Below are positions 53,169 through 61,122 of a stretch of 64,000 bases of DNA, piece by piece. The notes below the pieces were generated by a model. That model was given only the letters and a program-made list of their open reading frames with translations. It made no database searches and was not told where the DNA came from. Source of the DNA: Candidatus Nanopelagicales bacterium (GTDB taxonomy: Bacteria; Actinomycetota; Actinomycetes; S36-B12); NCBI GenBank assembly GCA_040399625.1, contig JBBARV010000002.1, positions 13,432 through 77,431 of the forward strand. Reading direction: 5' to 3'. The position numbers and the translations under genes were made by a program. Positions within the stretch are counted from its first letter, which is position 1; each line of letters opens with the position of its first letter.

Positions 53169-53849
53169 GTGAGTTCCCATATCCCGCTCTTTCCGTTGAA
53201 CACCGTTCTCGTGCCGGGCTTGGTCCTCCCGCTCCACATTTTTGAGCCCCGCTACCGGTTGATGATCCAGGAATTATTGGAAATTCCCGACGAAGAGGAG
53301 CGCAAATTTGGCATAGTCGCCGTGCGTGATGGGCATGAAATTTCATCAGATGGCATCAATGCTTTACATCCTGTGGGGACTTCCACCATCCTCCGTGAGG
53401 CAAATCTTCATGAAGATGGTCGCTACGACGTCGTTACCACCGGTTCACGTCGATTTCGGATTACCTCATTGGATACGAGCTCCCCTCTTCTACGGGCTGA
53501 AGTGGAATGGCTGCCCGAACCTGAAACCGCACAATCAGAGCAACTCACGTTACTCACCCAAAAAACCATTCAAGATTTTGCGGCATATCGGGTAGCACTC
53601 TCAGGGGATTTAAATGGCAATGTCTCGATATTCCAGGAATTACCCACCGATCCAACAGTCGTTTCCTATCTGCTGACCGCTGCCATTCTTCTCCCCACGG
53701 CAGAGCGACAAGATCTGCTCGCAGCCCAAAACACACAGACTCGGCTTGCACTCATTCGGACACTTCTCCGACGCGAAACTGCCCTAATAAGACATTTTGG
53801 TGCGCTACCTGCAGTCGACTTGTTCTCAAATAATCATTCACTGAATTAG
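53169..53849 (+). CDS. Lon peptidase substrate-binding (N-terminal) domain protein
   Basis: [27 protein letters not shown]...TG.RRFRI; no AAA+ or protease domain. Confidence 0.9.
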   Translation: MSSHIPLFPLNTVLVPGLVLPLHIFEPRYRLMIQELLEIPDEEERKFGIVAVRDGHEISSDGINALHPVGTSTILREANLHEDGRYDVVTTGSRRFRITSLDTSSPLLRAEVEWLPEPETAQSEQLTLLTQKTIQDFAAYRVALSGDLNGNVSIFQELPTDPTVVSYLLTAAILLPTAERQDLLAAQNTQTRLALIRTLLRRETALIRHFGALPAVDLFSNNHSLN

Positions 53850-53870
53850 TGGGCGCCTACAATCACGTCC

Positions 53871-54341
53871 GTGGCAATTACTCCTGCAACCCTCGCACTT
53901 GATTCACTCGGTGTTTCGTACACCGTACATAAATTTGACAGCATCGCGGGGACAGGGTTCGGCAAAGAGGCTGCCAGCAGTATGAATATTGATGAAAACC
54001 AAATTTTCAAAACCATAATTTTTGGGGATAAACACATCGCGGCTGTTGGTATTGCCCCGGTCTCACAAAAAATTAGCACGAAGAAACTCGCCGCGACCAT
54101 TGGCTTGCGTTCACTAGAACCAATGGATGCGGCCCTCGCCCAGCGCCTCACCGGTTACATAGTCGGCGGTATCAGCCCATTCGGTCAAAAAAAGGTACTT
54201 GCAACAGTGATCGATACCAGCGCACACCTATTTGAGAACATCTACGTCAGTGGAGGCCGCCGTGGCCTTGAAATTTGTATCACTCCGACCGATCTGATCA
54301 GCGTCCTCGGCGCGCTTACCGCAGATATTCAGGCAGAGTGA
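53871..54341 (+). CDS. ybaK: YbaK-family aminoacyl-tRNA deacylase
   Basis: TPAT, QIFKT, TGYIVGGISPFGQKK, VSGGRRG. TACAAT lies 7 nt before the GTG. Confidence 0.9.
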   Translation: MAITPATLALDSLGVSYTVHKFDSIAGTGFGKEAASSMNIDENQIFKTIIFGDKHIAAVGIAPVSQKISTKKLAATIGLRSLEPMDAALAQRLTGYIVGGISPFGQKKVLATVIDTSAHLFENIYVSGGRRGLEICITPTDLISVLGALTADIQAE

Positions 54342-54874
54342 TTCCCCGCGCGACCGCGCTGGGCTAAATAGTCGCCGATCGCCATAATCAGAATTACCAC
54401 ACTTGACCCAAGCGGCCACATCAGAAGCATCGCCGGCAGAGTCAATTCAAGTGGGGCGTCAACGACTGTTGGATCGGGGATGTCAATGTTTGCTAGGTCG
54501 ACAAAGCCCAGATGTGAACCCACCCACCACATTGCGAAAGTGCCCACAACCGAAGATGCCAATGCCGCAACTAGCGAGGCCAGCAAATGTTCACGACGCA
54601 TGGACACCAAACCAATAGCCATTAACACACCCGCGATTGCCCCAAGCGCCCCGAACGCAATATTTGCGGAAAAATATTCTTGCGGTTGAAAATTTTCCGG
54701 AAAAACCCGGTCAGCAGTAATGACAACCGAGACGCGGGGAGCCAAAGCCCACCACATGACGCCCAGAGCAGCGCCCGACAACCCTCCCGCAATGACTCCC
54801 GTGACAAATACTGTTATCGCTTTACGCCTTCGCTCTGGCGTTTTTACTGCGTTGGTATTTTCTAAATCAGACAT
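54329..54874 (-). CDS. Conserved membrane protein (DUF2567-like)
   Basis: Four hydrophobic segments, G..WW.LAPR motif, usual position downstream of dnaE. Confidence 0.65.
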   Translation of the reverse strand: MSDLENTNAVKTPERRRKAITVFVTGVIAGGLSGAALGVMWWALAPRVSVVITADRVFPENFQPQEYFSANIAFGALGAIAGVLMAIGLVSMRREHLLASLVAALASSVVGTFAMWWVGSHLGFVDLANIDIPDPTVVDAPLELTLPAMLLMWPLGSSVVILIMAIGDYLAQRGRAGNHSA

Positions 54875-57800
54875 GACGAACCTAATAGTGCCTTCAGATC
54901 ACCAAAGAGTGATGGTGAAGGCGTCACTCGATAAATGTCGTCGAGCTTCATAACTGTCGTTGAGGTACCACCGGTCAGGTGCAACTGCACTTCCGTGGTT
55001 CCCGGATGTTGCGCCAGAATATTTTTCAGTCGTGCCACAAGTGGTGGAACACATCGGGTCGCCGCCATGGTGAGTCGAACCGGACCCGTCGACGCACTTG
55101 AGAGATCCGGGGCAGAGACTTCAAGCGCAATGGCTCTCACGCCATCTTCATCACTTCGATCAATTTTGGTGCGGATAACCAAAATGGAGTCATCAACGAG
55201 AAGTGTTCCAAAGGATGCATAAGAGGCTGGGAAAACCATGACTTCAAGGCTTCCCTCTAGATCCTCCAAAGTGACAATTGCCCAAGCCGAGCCTTTTTTG
55301 GTGGTTTTTCGTACGACACTGGTGACCAAACCGCCCAGCGAAACTACCTGTCCGTCAAGATTTTCATCAATCAAAACGGACGCGATGCTCCGGTCGGAAA
55401 GTTGCGCCAATGCACTCTCCATGCCGAACAGTGGGTGGTCTGAAACGTAGAGCCCCAGCATGTCACGCTCATGGGCCAGGAGAAGTGACTTCTCCCACTC
55501 GGTGATACCGATCACAGGTCGTTCAATCAGCGAAACTTCGGAATCTTCTTCGAGCCCACCGAATAGATCAAACTGTCCAATCGCCTCTGAGCGTTTGATG
55601 TCAACCGCTGCATCAATTACCTGCTCATGAACTGCGGTTAACCCCTTGCGCGTATGACCCAGACTGTCAAAGGCACCAGCTTTCACCAATGACTCAACAA
55701 CGCGCCTATTACACACTGCGATATCCACTTTGGCAATGAAGTCATGAAAATCAGCAAAGCGACCGACCTTGTTTCGTGTTGCGATCACTGATTCCACAAC
55801 GTTAGTTCCGACATTTCGAATAGCCGTTAGTCCAAAACGGATATCAGTCCCGCGCGGAGTGTAGTTTGCGTCGGAATCATTAACATCAGGTGGCAAAACC
55901 TTGATTCCCATGCGACGACATTCATTGAGATAAATTGCAGAGCGTTCCTTGTCATCGGCCATTGAAGTCAGCAGTGCTGCCATATATTCAGCCGGATAAT
56001 TAGCCTTCAAGTAGGCGGTCCAGTAGGAAACCAAGCCATAGCCAGCCGTGTGAGCCTTATTGAAGGCGTAATCCGAGAATGGAACAAGGACTTCCCACAG
56101 CTTATTAATCGCCGGGTCTGAAAATCCACGCTCGCGCATGCCTTCACTAAATGGCACAAATTCCTTTTCGAGAATTTCTTTTTTCTTCTTGCCCATGGCA
56201 CGACGAAGAAGGTCCGCTTTACCGAGTGAATATCCGGCTAATTGTTGCGCAATAGCCATGACTTGCTCTTGGTACACGATTAACCCATAGGTGTCACCGA
56301 GGATTTCACTCAAGGGCACTTCAAGTTCAGGGTGAATCGGGACAACCGGCTTTCGACCATTTTTTCGATCCGCGTAGTCATTATGTGCATTGGCGCCCAT
56401 GGGTCCCGGTCGGTAGAGGGCGAGTACCGCTGAAATATCTTCGAAATTATCGGGGGCCATGGATCGCAATAGCGAACGCATCGGGCCGCCATCAAGTTGG
56501 AATACTCCCAATGTGTCCCCGCGAGAGAGTAGTTCATAGGCGACTTTGTCGTCGAGTGCCAAGGTTTCCAAAACGACTTCATCGCCCGTGTTGCGTTTAA
56601 TGTTTTCTAGGCAGTCGTCCAGGACACTGAGGTTCCGTAATCCGAGAAAGTCCATCTTTAATAGGCCAAGGGATTCACATGCACCCATATCAAACTGGGT
56701 GATGATCGCGCCGTCTTGTTCGCGTTTCCACACTGGGATAACGTCCATAAGTGGCTCACTACACAAAATCACACCTGCTGCATGCACACCGGGTTGACGC
56801 TTAAGCCCTTCAAGCCCCTTGGCCGTATCAATGACAGTCTTTACTTCGGGATCAGCCGCATATAGCGCCCGGAACTCTGCAGCTTCCGAATAGCGTGAAT
56901 CGGCAGGGTCAAATGCGCCTTTGAGAGTCATGTCCTTGCCCATGACAGACGGTGGCATAGCTTTTGTGATCCGATCGCCGACGGAGTATGGCAAACCCAA
57001 GACACGCGCACTGTCTTTGATCGCAGCCTTAGCCTTAATTGAACCGTAGGTAACAATCTGTGCGACGCGCTCTTCCCCGTACTTCTCCGTGGCGTATCGA
57101 ATCATGTCCGAACGCCTCCGCTCATCAAAATCAATATCAATATCAGGCATCGAGATTCGTTCGGGATTCAAGAACCGTTCAAACAGCAAACCATGCTCGA
57201 TCGGATCTAGGTCAGTAATACCCAATGCATAAGCGATCATGGCGCCAGCGGCAGAACCACGACCCGGTCCCACTCGAATGCCGTTGTTCTTCGCATGTTG
57301 CACAAGGTCAGCAACTACTAAGAAATAACCGGGGAAGCCCATCTGGGCAATGACTCCCAACTCGTACTCGGCCTGCGTTCGCACTTTGTCAGGAACACCG
57401 GTTGGGTACCTGCGTGCTAGACCAATTTCTACTTCCTTGACCAACCAGGACTCTTCACTTTCGCCAGCCGGAATATCAGCGCGAGGCATAAGGTTTGCGC
57501 CTTCATTGAATTCAACATTGCACCGCTCTGCAATCAGTAGAGTGTTGTCACAGGCCTCAGGGAACTCACTCCAGAGATCTCGCATTTGGGCAGCGGACTT
57601 CAGATAAAAATCACGGGCATCAAATCTGAATCGTTTCGGGTCATCAAGTGTTGTTCGAGTTCCAATACACAACAGCACGTCATGTGTATCTGCGTCACTT
57701 TCATGAACGTAATGCATGTCATTTGTTGCAATTAGTGGCAAATCGAGTGCCTTGGAAATCTTGATTAAATCTGGCATGAAGTTGCGTTCAATGGCGAGAC

Positions 57801-58407
57801 CATGATCCATGACCTCGGCAAAGAAATTACCCGCCCCGAAAATATCCCGGTAATCGGCTGCAGTTTCCAGTGCTTTTTTGTACTTCCCAGCCTGCAGCCA
57901 ACGATTTACTTCACCACTCGCACACCCGGTTGTGCCGATAAGACCCTTGCCGTAACGGTCCAAGAGTTCGCGGTCAAATCGTGGCTTGTGATAGTAGCCC
58001 TCAATGCTGGCTAAAGATGACAGCCGAAAAAGATTGTGCATGCCCTGCGTGTTTTCTGCCCAAAGAGTCATGTGCGTGTAGCTGTGCTTTCCGCGACCCG
58101 CCCCGGGATCTTCTGGAGCTCCTTCATCAAAGCCCCCACCAAAATCAAATGGGGAACGCTCAAAACGTCCCTGGGGAGCGTAATAGCCTTCAAGACCAAT
58201 GATCGGCTTCACCCCGTACGCCTTACCCTTCTTCCAGAAGTCGTATGCGCCGTAGAGATTCCCGTGATCCGTCATAGCAATTGCCGGCATACCCTGCTCA
58301 TGTGCCGCTACGAATAGGTCATCGAGTTTTGAAGCGCCGTCCAGCATCGAGTACTCGGTGTGCACATGAAGGTGAACAAAATCAGCCTTGCCCACCGACT
58401 CACTCAC
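54862..58407 (-). CDS. dnaE: DNA polymerase III alpha subunit (DnaE1)
   Basis: HLHVHTEYSMLDG PHP domain, GRGSAAG, PDIDIDF, KMDFLGL, YAFNKAH; no intein-sized insertion. Confidence 0.99.
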   Translation of the reverse strand: MSESVGKADFVHLHVHTEYSMLDGASKLDDLFVAAHEQGMPAIAMTDHGNLYGAYDFWKKGKAYGVKPIIGLEGYYAPQGRFERSPFDFGGGFDEGAPEDPGAGRGKHSYTHMTLWAENTQGMHNLFRLSSLASIEGYYHKPRFDRELLDRYGKGLIGTTGCASGEVNRWLQAGKYKKALETAADYRDIFGAGNFFAEVMDHGLAIERNFMPDLIKISKALDLPLIATNDMHYVHESDADTHDVLLCIGTRTTLDDPKRFRFDARDFYLKSAAQMRDLWSEFPEACDNTLLIAERCNVEFNEGANLMPRADIPAGESEESWLVKEVEIGLARRYPTGVPDKVRTQAEYELGVIAQMGFPGYFLVVADLVQHAKNNGIRVGPGRGSAAGAMIAYALGITDLDPIEHGLLFERFLNPERISMPDIDIDFDERRRSDMIRYATEKYGEERVAQIVTYGSIKAKAAIKDSARVLGLPYSVGDRITKAMPPSVMGKDMTLKGAFDPADSRYSEAAEFRALYAADPEVKTVIDTAKGLEGLKRQPGVHAAGVILCSEPLMDVIPVWKREQDGAIITQFDMGACESLGLLKMDFLGLRNLSVLDDCLENIKRNTGDEVVLETLALDDKVAYELLSRGDTLGVFQLDGGPMRSLLRSMAPDNFEDISAVLALYRPGPMGANAHNDYADRKNGRKPVVPIHPELEVPLSEILGDTYGLIVYQEQVMAIAQQLAGYSLGKADLLRRAMGKKKKEILEKEFVPFSEGMRERGFSDPAINKLWEVLVPFSDYAFNKAHTAGYGLVSYWTAYLKANYPAEYMAALLTSMADDKERSAIYLNECRRMGIKVLPPDVNDSDANYTPRGTDIRFGLTAIRNVGTNVVESVIATRNKVGRFADFHDFIAKVDIAVCNRRVVESLVKAGAFDSLGHTRKGLTAVHEQVIDAAVDIKRSEAIGQFDLFGGLEEDSEVSLIERPVIGITEWEKSLLLAHERDMLGLYVSDHPLFGMESALAQLSDRSIASVLIDENLDGQVVSLGGLVTSVVRKTTKKGSAWAIVTLEDLEGSLEVMVFPASYASFGTLLVDDSILVIRTKIDRSDEDGVRAIALEVSAPDLSSASTGPVRLTMAATRCVPPLVARLKNILAQHPGTTEVQLHLTGGTSTTVMKLDDIYRVTPSPSLFGDLKALLGSSCLI

Positions 58408-58522
58408 GCAATCACCCTTATCAAATCACACTACTTCGGCTAAAAAACTATTAGCGTCAATCACTTCACCGGTTTCACTCCACGGAACAGACTGCACAAG
58501 GGGAAGGTACAGAATATTACGG

Positions 58523-59449
58523 TCAAGCGTCGCGCAAAATTCCTAGTGCACGGGTGAGATCTTCGCTGTATTCACTTTTCAATTCAACTCGTTCGCCGGT
58601 TCGCGGGTGATCAAATGCGAGTTCAACCGCGTGTAACCACTGACGGTCAAGCCCTAGTCGAGCCGCCAAAACCGGATCTCCACCGTACATGGTGTCCCCG
58701 GCAATTGGGTGGCGCATCGCTGACATGTGAACCCGAATTTGGTGGGTCCGACCCGTTTCAAGGAGCACTTGCACCAGTGATGCATGACGGAAGGCTTCCA
58801 GCGTCTCATAGTGGGTGATGCTGGGCTTGCCGTCCTTTGTGACCGCGTATTTGTACTCATGGCCCGGGTGACGTCCAATGGCAGCATCAACGGTACCAAC
58901 GAGTGGGTCGAGCAAACCTTGGACAACTGCGTGGTACACCTTGCTGACTTCTCGGTTTCGAAACAGATTTTTCATGCGAGAGTAGGACAATTCATTTTTT
59001 GCGACAGCCATGAGGCCGGAAGTTCCAGCATCAAGTCGGTGCACGATTCCTTCGCGCTCCGGGGCTCCCGAAGTACTAATGGCGTACCCGGCTGCGGCCA
59101 ACCCCCCAATAACCGTTGGTCCCTGCCACCCACGGCTTGGGTGTGCTGCAACTCCAGCAGGTTTGTCAACAACCACCAAATCTGAGTCGTCATAGATAAT
59201 CGTCATACCTGGAACCGGTTCAGCGATTATTTCAATTGTTCCCTTAGCGGGCGAGACGTCCAAATCAACGTCAATTCGTTGCCCTTCAGTCACACGATCA
59301 CTTTTTGCTAGCGGCCGTTCCGAAACACAGATTGCCCCAGCCTCAATGAGCGCAACCGAAGCAGAACGACTGAGACCAAGAAGCCTGGTGAGCGCAATAT
59401 CAAGCCGCTCCCCGGCCAATCCCTCAGGAATTGTGAACTCACGGATCAC
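58523..59449 (-). CDS. RluA/RluD-family 23S rRNA pseudouridine synthase
   Basis: S4-like N-terminus, VDKPAG, VHRLDAGTSG, LETGRTHQIRVH. Confidence 0.95.
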   Translation of the reverse strand: MIREFTIPEGLAGERLDIALTRLLGLSRSASVALIEAGAICVSERPLAKSDRVTEGQRIDVDLDVSPAKGTIEIIAEPVPGMTIIYDDSDLVVVDKPAGVAAHPSRGWQGPTVIGGLAAAGYAISTSGAPEREGIVHRLDAGTSGLMAVAKNELSYSRMKNLFRNREVSKVYHAVVQGLLDPLVGTVDAAIGRHPGHEYKYAVTKDGKPSITHYETLEAFRHASLVQVLLETGRTHQIRVHMSAMRHPIAGDTMYGGDPVLAARLGLDRQWLHAVELAFDHPRTGERVELKSEYSEDLTRALGILRDA

Positions 59450-60015
59450 GAGTCCAACCTGCCAGGAGCATTCATGGGTTCACGTTTTCCGTCAATGGGT
59501 ATTCCGCGGAGTAACAAAATTGCAATTCCTATTCCCGAACACACAATCGACATGTCTGCAATATTGAAAATTGCCCAGTACGGGAGTTGGATGAAGTCGA
59601 CAACGAATCCCCGAAATGGACCTGGCGCCCTAAACATTCGATCGATGAGATTCCCCAGTGAACCGCCAAGCAATCCACCAAGGGCCAACGCCCACGGCAG
59701 ACTTGCGAGTCTGCGGGCATACCGGAAAATGACAAAAACGACAACGAAAGCAACTAGTGTGAAAAGCCAAGTAACGCCTGTCCCAATGGAGAAAGCGGCA
59801 CCAGTGTTTTCAGCGTAAGTGAATTTCACGAATTCACCCAGAAACTCAATAGGTCCCTCACCTGAGGTTCTGCGTGGGAGCAAATACTCTTGAGCCCAGA
59901 ACTTGGTCAGCTGGTCCACACAAATAATGAGGGCAGCGGTGACGGCGAAAACAGCTAATTCACGTCGATTTACGTGCCTCTGATCACTGCTCGCGGCAAT
60001 GCTGGATTCGGACAC
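59446..60015 (-). CDS. lspA: Lipoprotein signal peptidase II
   Basis: DQLTK, NTGAAFS, GNLIDR, VVDFI, FNIAD. TAGACT lies 6 nt before GTG 60015; GTG 60018 is the alternative. Confidence 0.97.
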   Translation of the reverse strand: MSESSIAASSDQRHVNRRELAVFAVTAALIICVDQLTKFWAQEYLLPRRTSGEGPIEFLGEFVKFTYAENTGAAFSIGTGVTWLFTLVAFVVVFVIFRYARRLASLPWALALGGLLGGSLGNLIDRMFRAPGPFRGFVVDFIQLPYWAIFNIADMSIVCSGIGIAILLLRGIPIDGKREPMNAPGRLDS

Positions 60016-60072
60016 CACTTCAGTCTATGCGAGCGCAAGCCGGCACTTACTCGTGCTGTGTCCCGGAGCGGC

Positions 60073-60936
60073 TTACGAACGCTCCTCAGCCACCTTGCAT
60101 GACATACACAGGGTTGCTCGAGGGAACGCCTGCAGACGCAGCTTGCCAATTCCCTTTCCACAGGTGATACAGACTCCATAGGTGCGGTCATCTATCCGAC
60201 CCAGTGCTTGACGAACCTGTTCGAGCATGTCCCGCGCATTGTTTGCAAGTGACATTTCATGCTCTCGTTCGAAGGTCTTGCTACCCGCATCAGCCTGGTC
60301 ATCGCCTGCTCCGTCACCGGAATCGCGAATGAGGTCCGCGAGCCCCTGCTCTGTCATCGCGATTTCTTCTAACAATCGAGTTTCGTCTTCATTCAGAGAC
60401 TTACGAACCCTGTTCAATTCAACTTTGGTCCATGGGCTTTCGTCTTCGCGTACAACGATCGTCGGGGTCTTGACGACTGGTCGAGGTGAGATCACTTTGA
60501 CGATCCCAGCCGCCTTTTTACCCTTGGCGGGTGGAGTAGTGACCGGAACCAACTTCTCAAAAACAGTTTTCACCACCGGTTCAGGTTCAACCACGATTAC
60601 TTCCAGGACAGGAGACGTCTCTTTTTTCGCAGTCACCTTCTTCGCGGGTACCTTTGGTTCAGGCTTGGCGGGTGCCTTTTTGGCCGGTAACTTTTTAACA
60701 GGTGAAATGGGAACTGCCTTCTTTAGGGGTTTAAGCGGCGCAACCTTTTTAGCCGCGCTCTTTTTGGCCGAAGCTTTTTTCGCAGGGGTCTTGGCGGCCA
60801 CGGTCTTCTTCGCAGGAGCCTTTTTGGCAGAAGCTTTATTCACAGTGGCCTTGACCACGGCCTTCTTCGCAGGCACCTTCTTCGCAGGAGCCTTTTTCGC
60901 AACGACCTTCTTAGCCTGTGTTTTTTTTGCGACCAA
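60073..60936 (-). CDS. DksA/TraR C4 zinc-finger protein with histone-H1-like Lys/Ala/Pro N-terminus (DdbA-like)
   Basis: About 100 aa of AKKAP/AKKV repeats, then [25 protein letters not shown]...[14 protein letters not shown]. Confidence 0.92.
   Translation of the reverse strand: MVAKKTQAKKVVAKKAPAKKVPAKKAVVKATVNKASAKKAPAKKTVAAKTPAKKASAKKSAAKKVAPLKPLKKAVPISPVKKLPAKKAPAKPEPKVPAKKVTAKKETSPVLEVIVVEPEPVVKTVFEKLVPVTTPPAKGKKAAGIVKVISPRPVVKTPTIVVREDESPWTKVELNRVRKSLNEDETRLLEEIAMTEQGLADLIRDSGDGAGDDQADAGSKTFEREHEMSLANNARDMLEQVRQALGRIDDRTYGVCITCGKGIGKLRLQAFPRATLCMSCKVAEERS
60720..60932 (-). repeat. Low-complexity ~15-bp coding repeat (AKKxP pentapeptides)
   Basis: Recurrent CTTCTTCGCAGG / CTTTTTCGC units on the + strand inside the DdbA-like gene. 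Confidence 0.8.
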
Positions 60937-61122
60937 ACTAGCCGCCCCCTTTAATCAATAGACTGCTGCGGTTACCTTCATGTGCGTATGTGAAATTGCG
61001 ACGGTCGACGCACCTGCGTATGTTATTGCCCGAGCGCTAAAGTTATGCACTGCCCCAGACTTAGACCAGCACCTAGACGAACATTTTTAAGAGTCGTCTT
61101 TTCCAGAGAAGAGCACACCAGT

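Noticed and set aside
53146-53346. 67-aa N-terminal extension of HisD in the ORF track
   Set aside because: It overlaps the divergent Lon-N gene, does not resemble HisD, and a -10 element precedes ATG 53145.
54862-58407. Intein in dnaE
   Set aside because: Normal length (1181 aa), continuous motifs, no splice-junction signature.
60720-60932. Periodic repeats as a possible CRISPR array or VNTR
   Set aside because: Degenerate in-frame 15-bp coding units with no spacers and no cas genes.
60227-60961. 244-aa plus-strand Phe/Ala-rich ORF resembling a membrane protein
   Set aside because: Codon-for-codon antisense of the AKK repeats of the DdbA-like gene.
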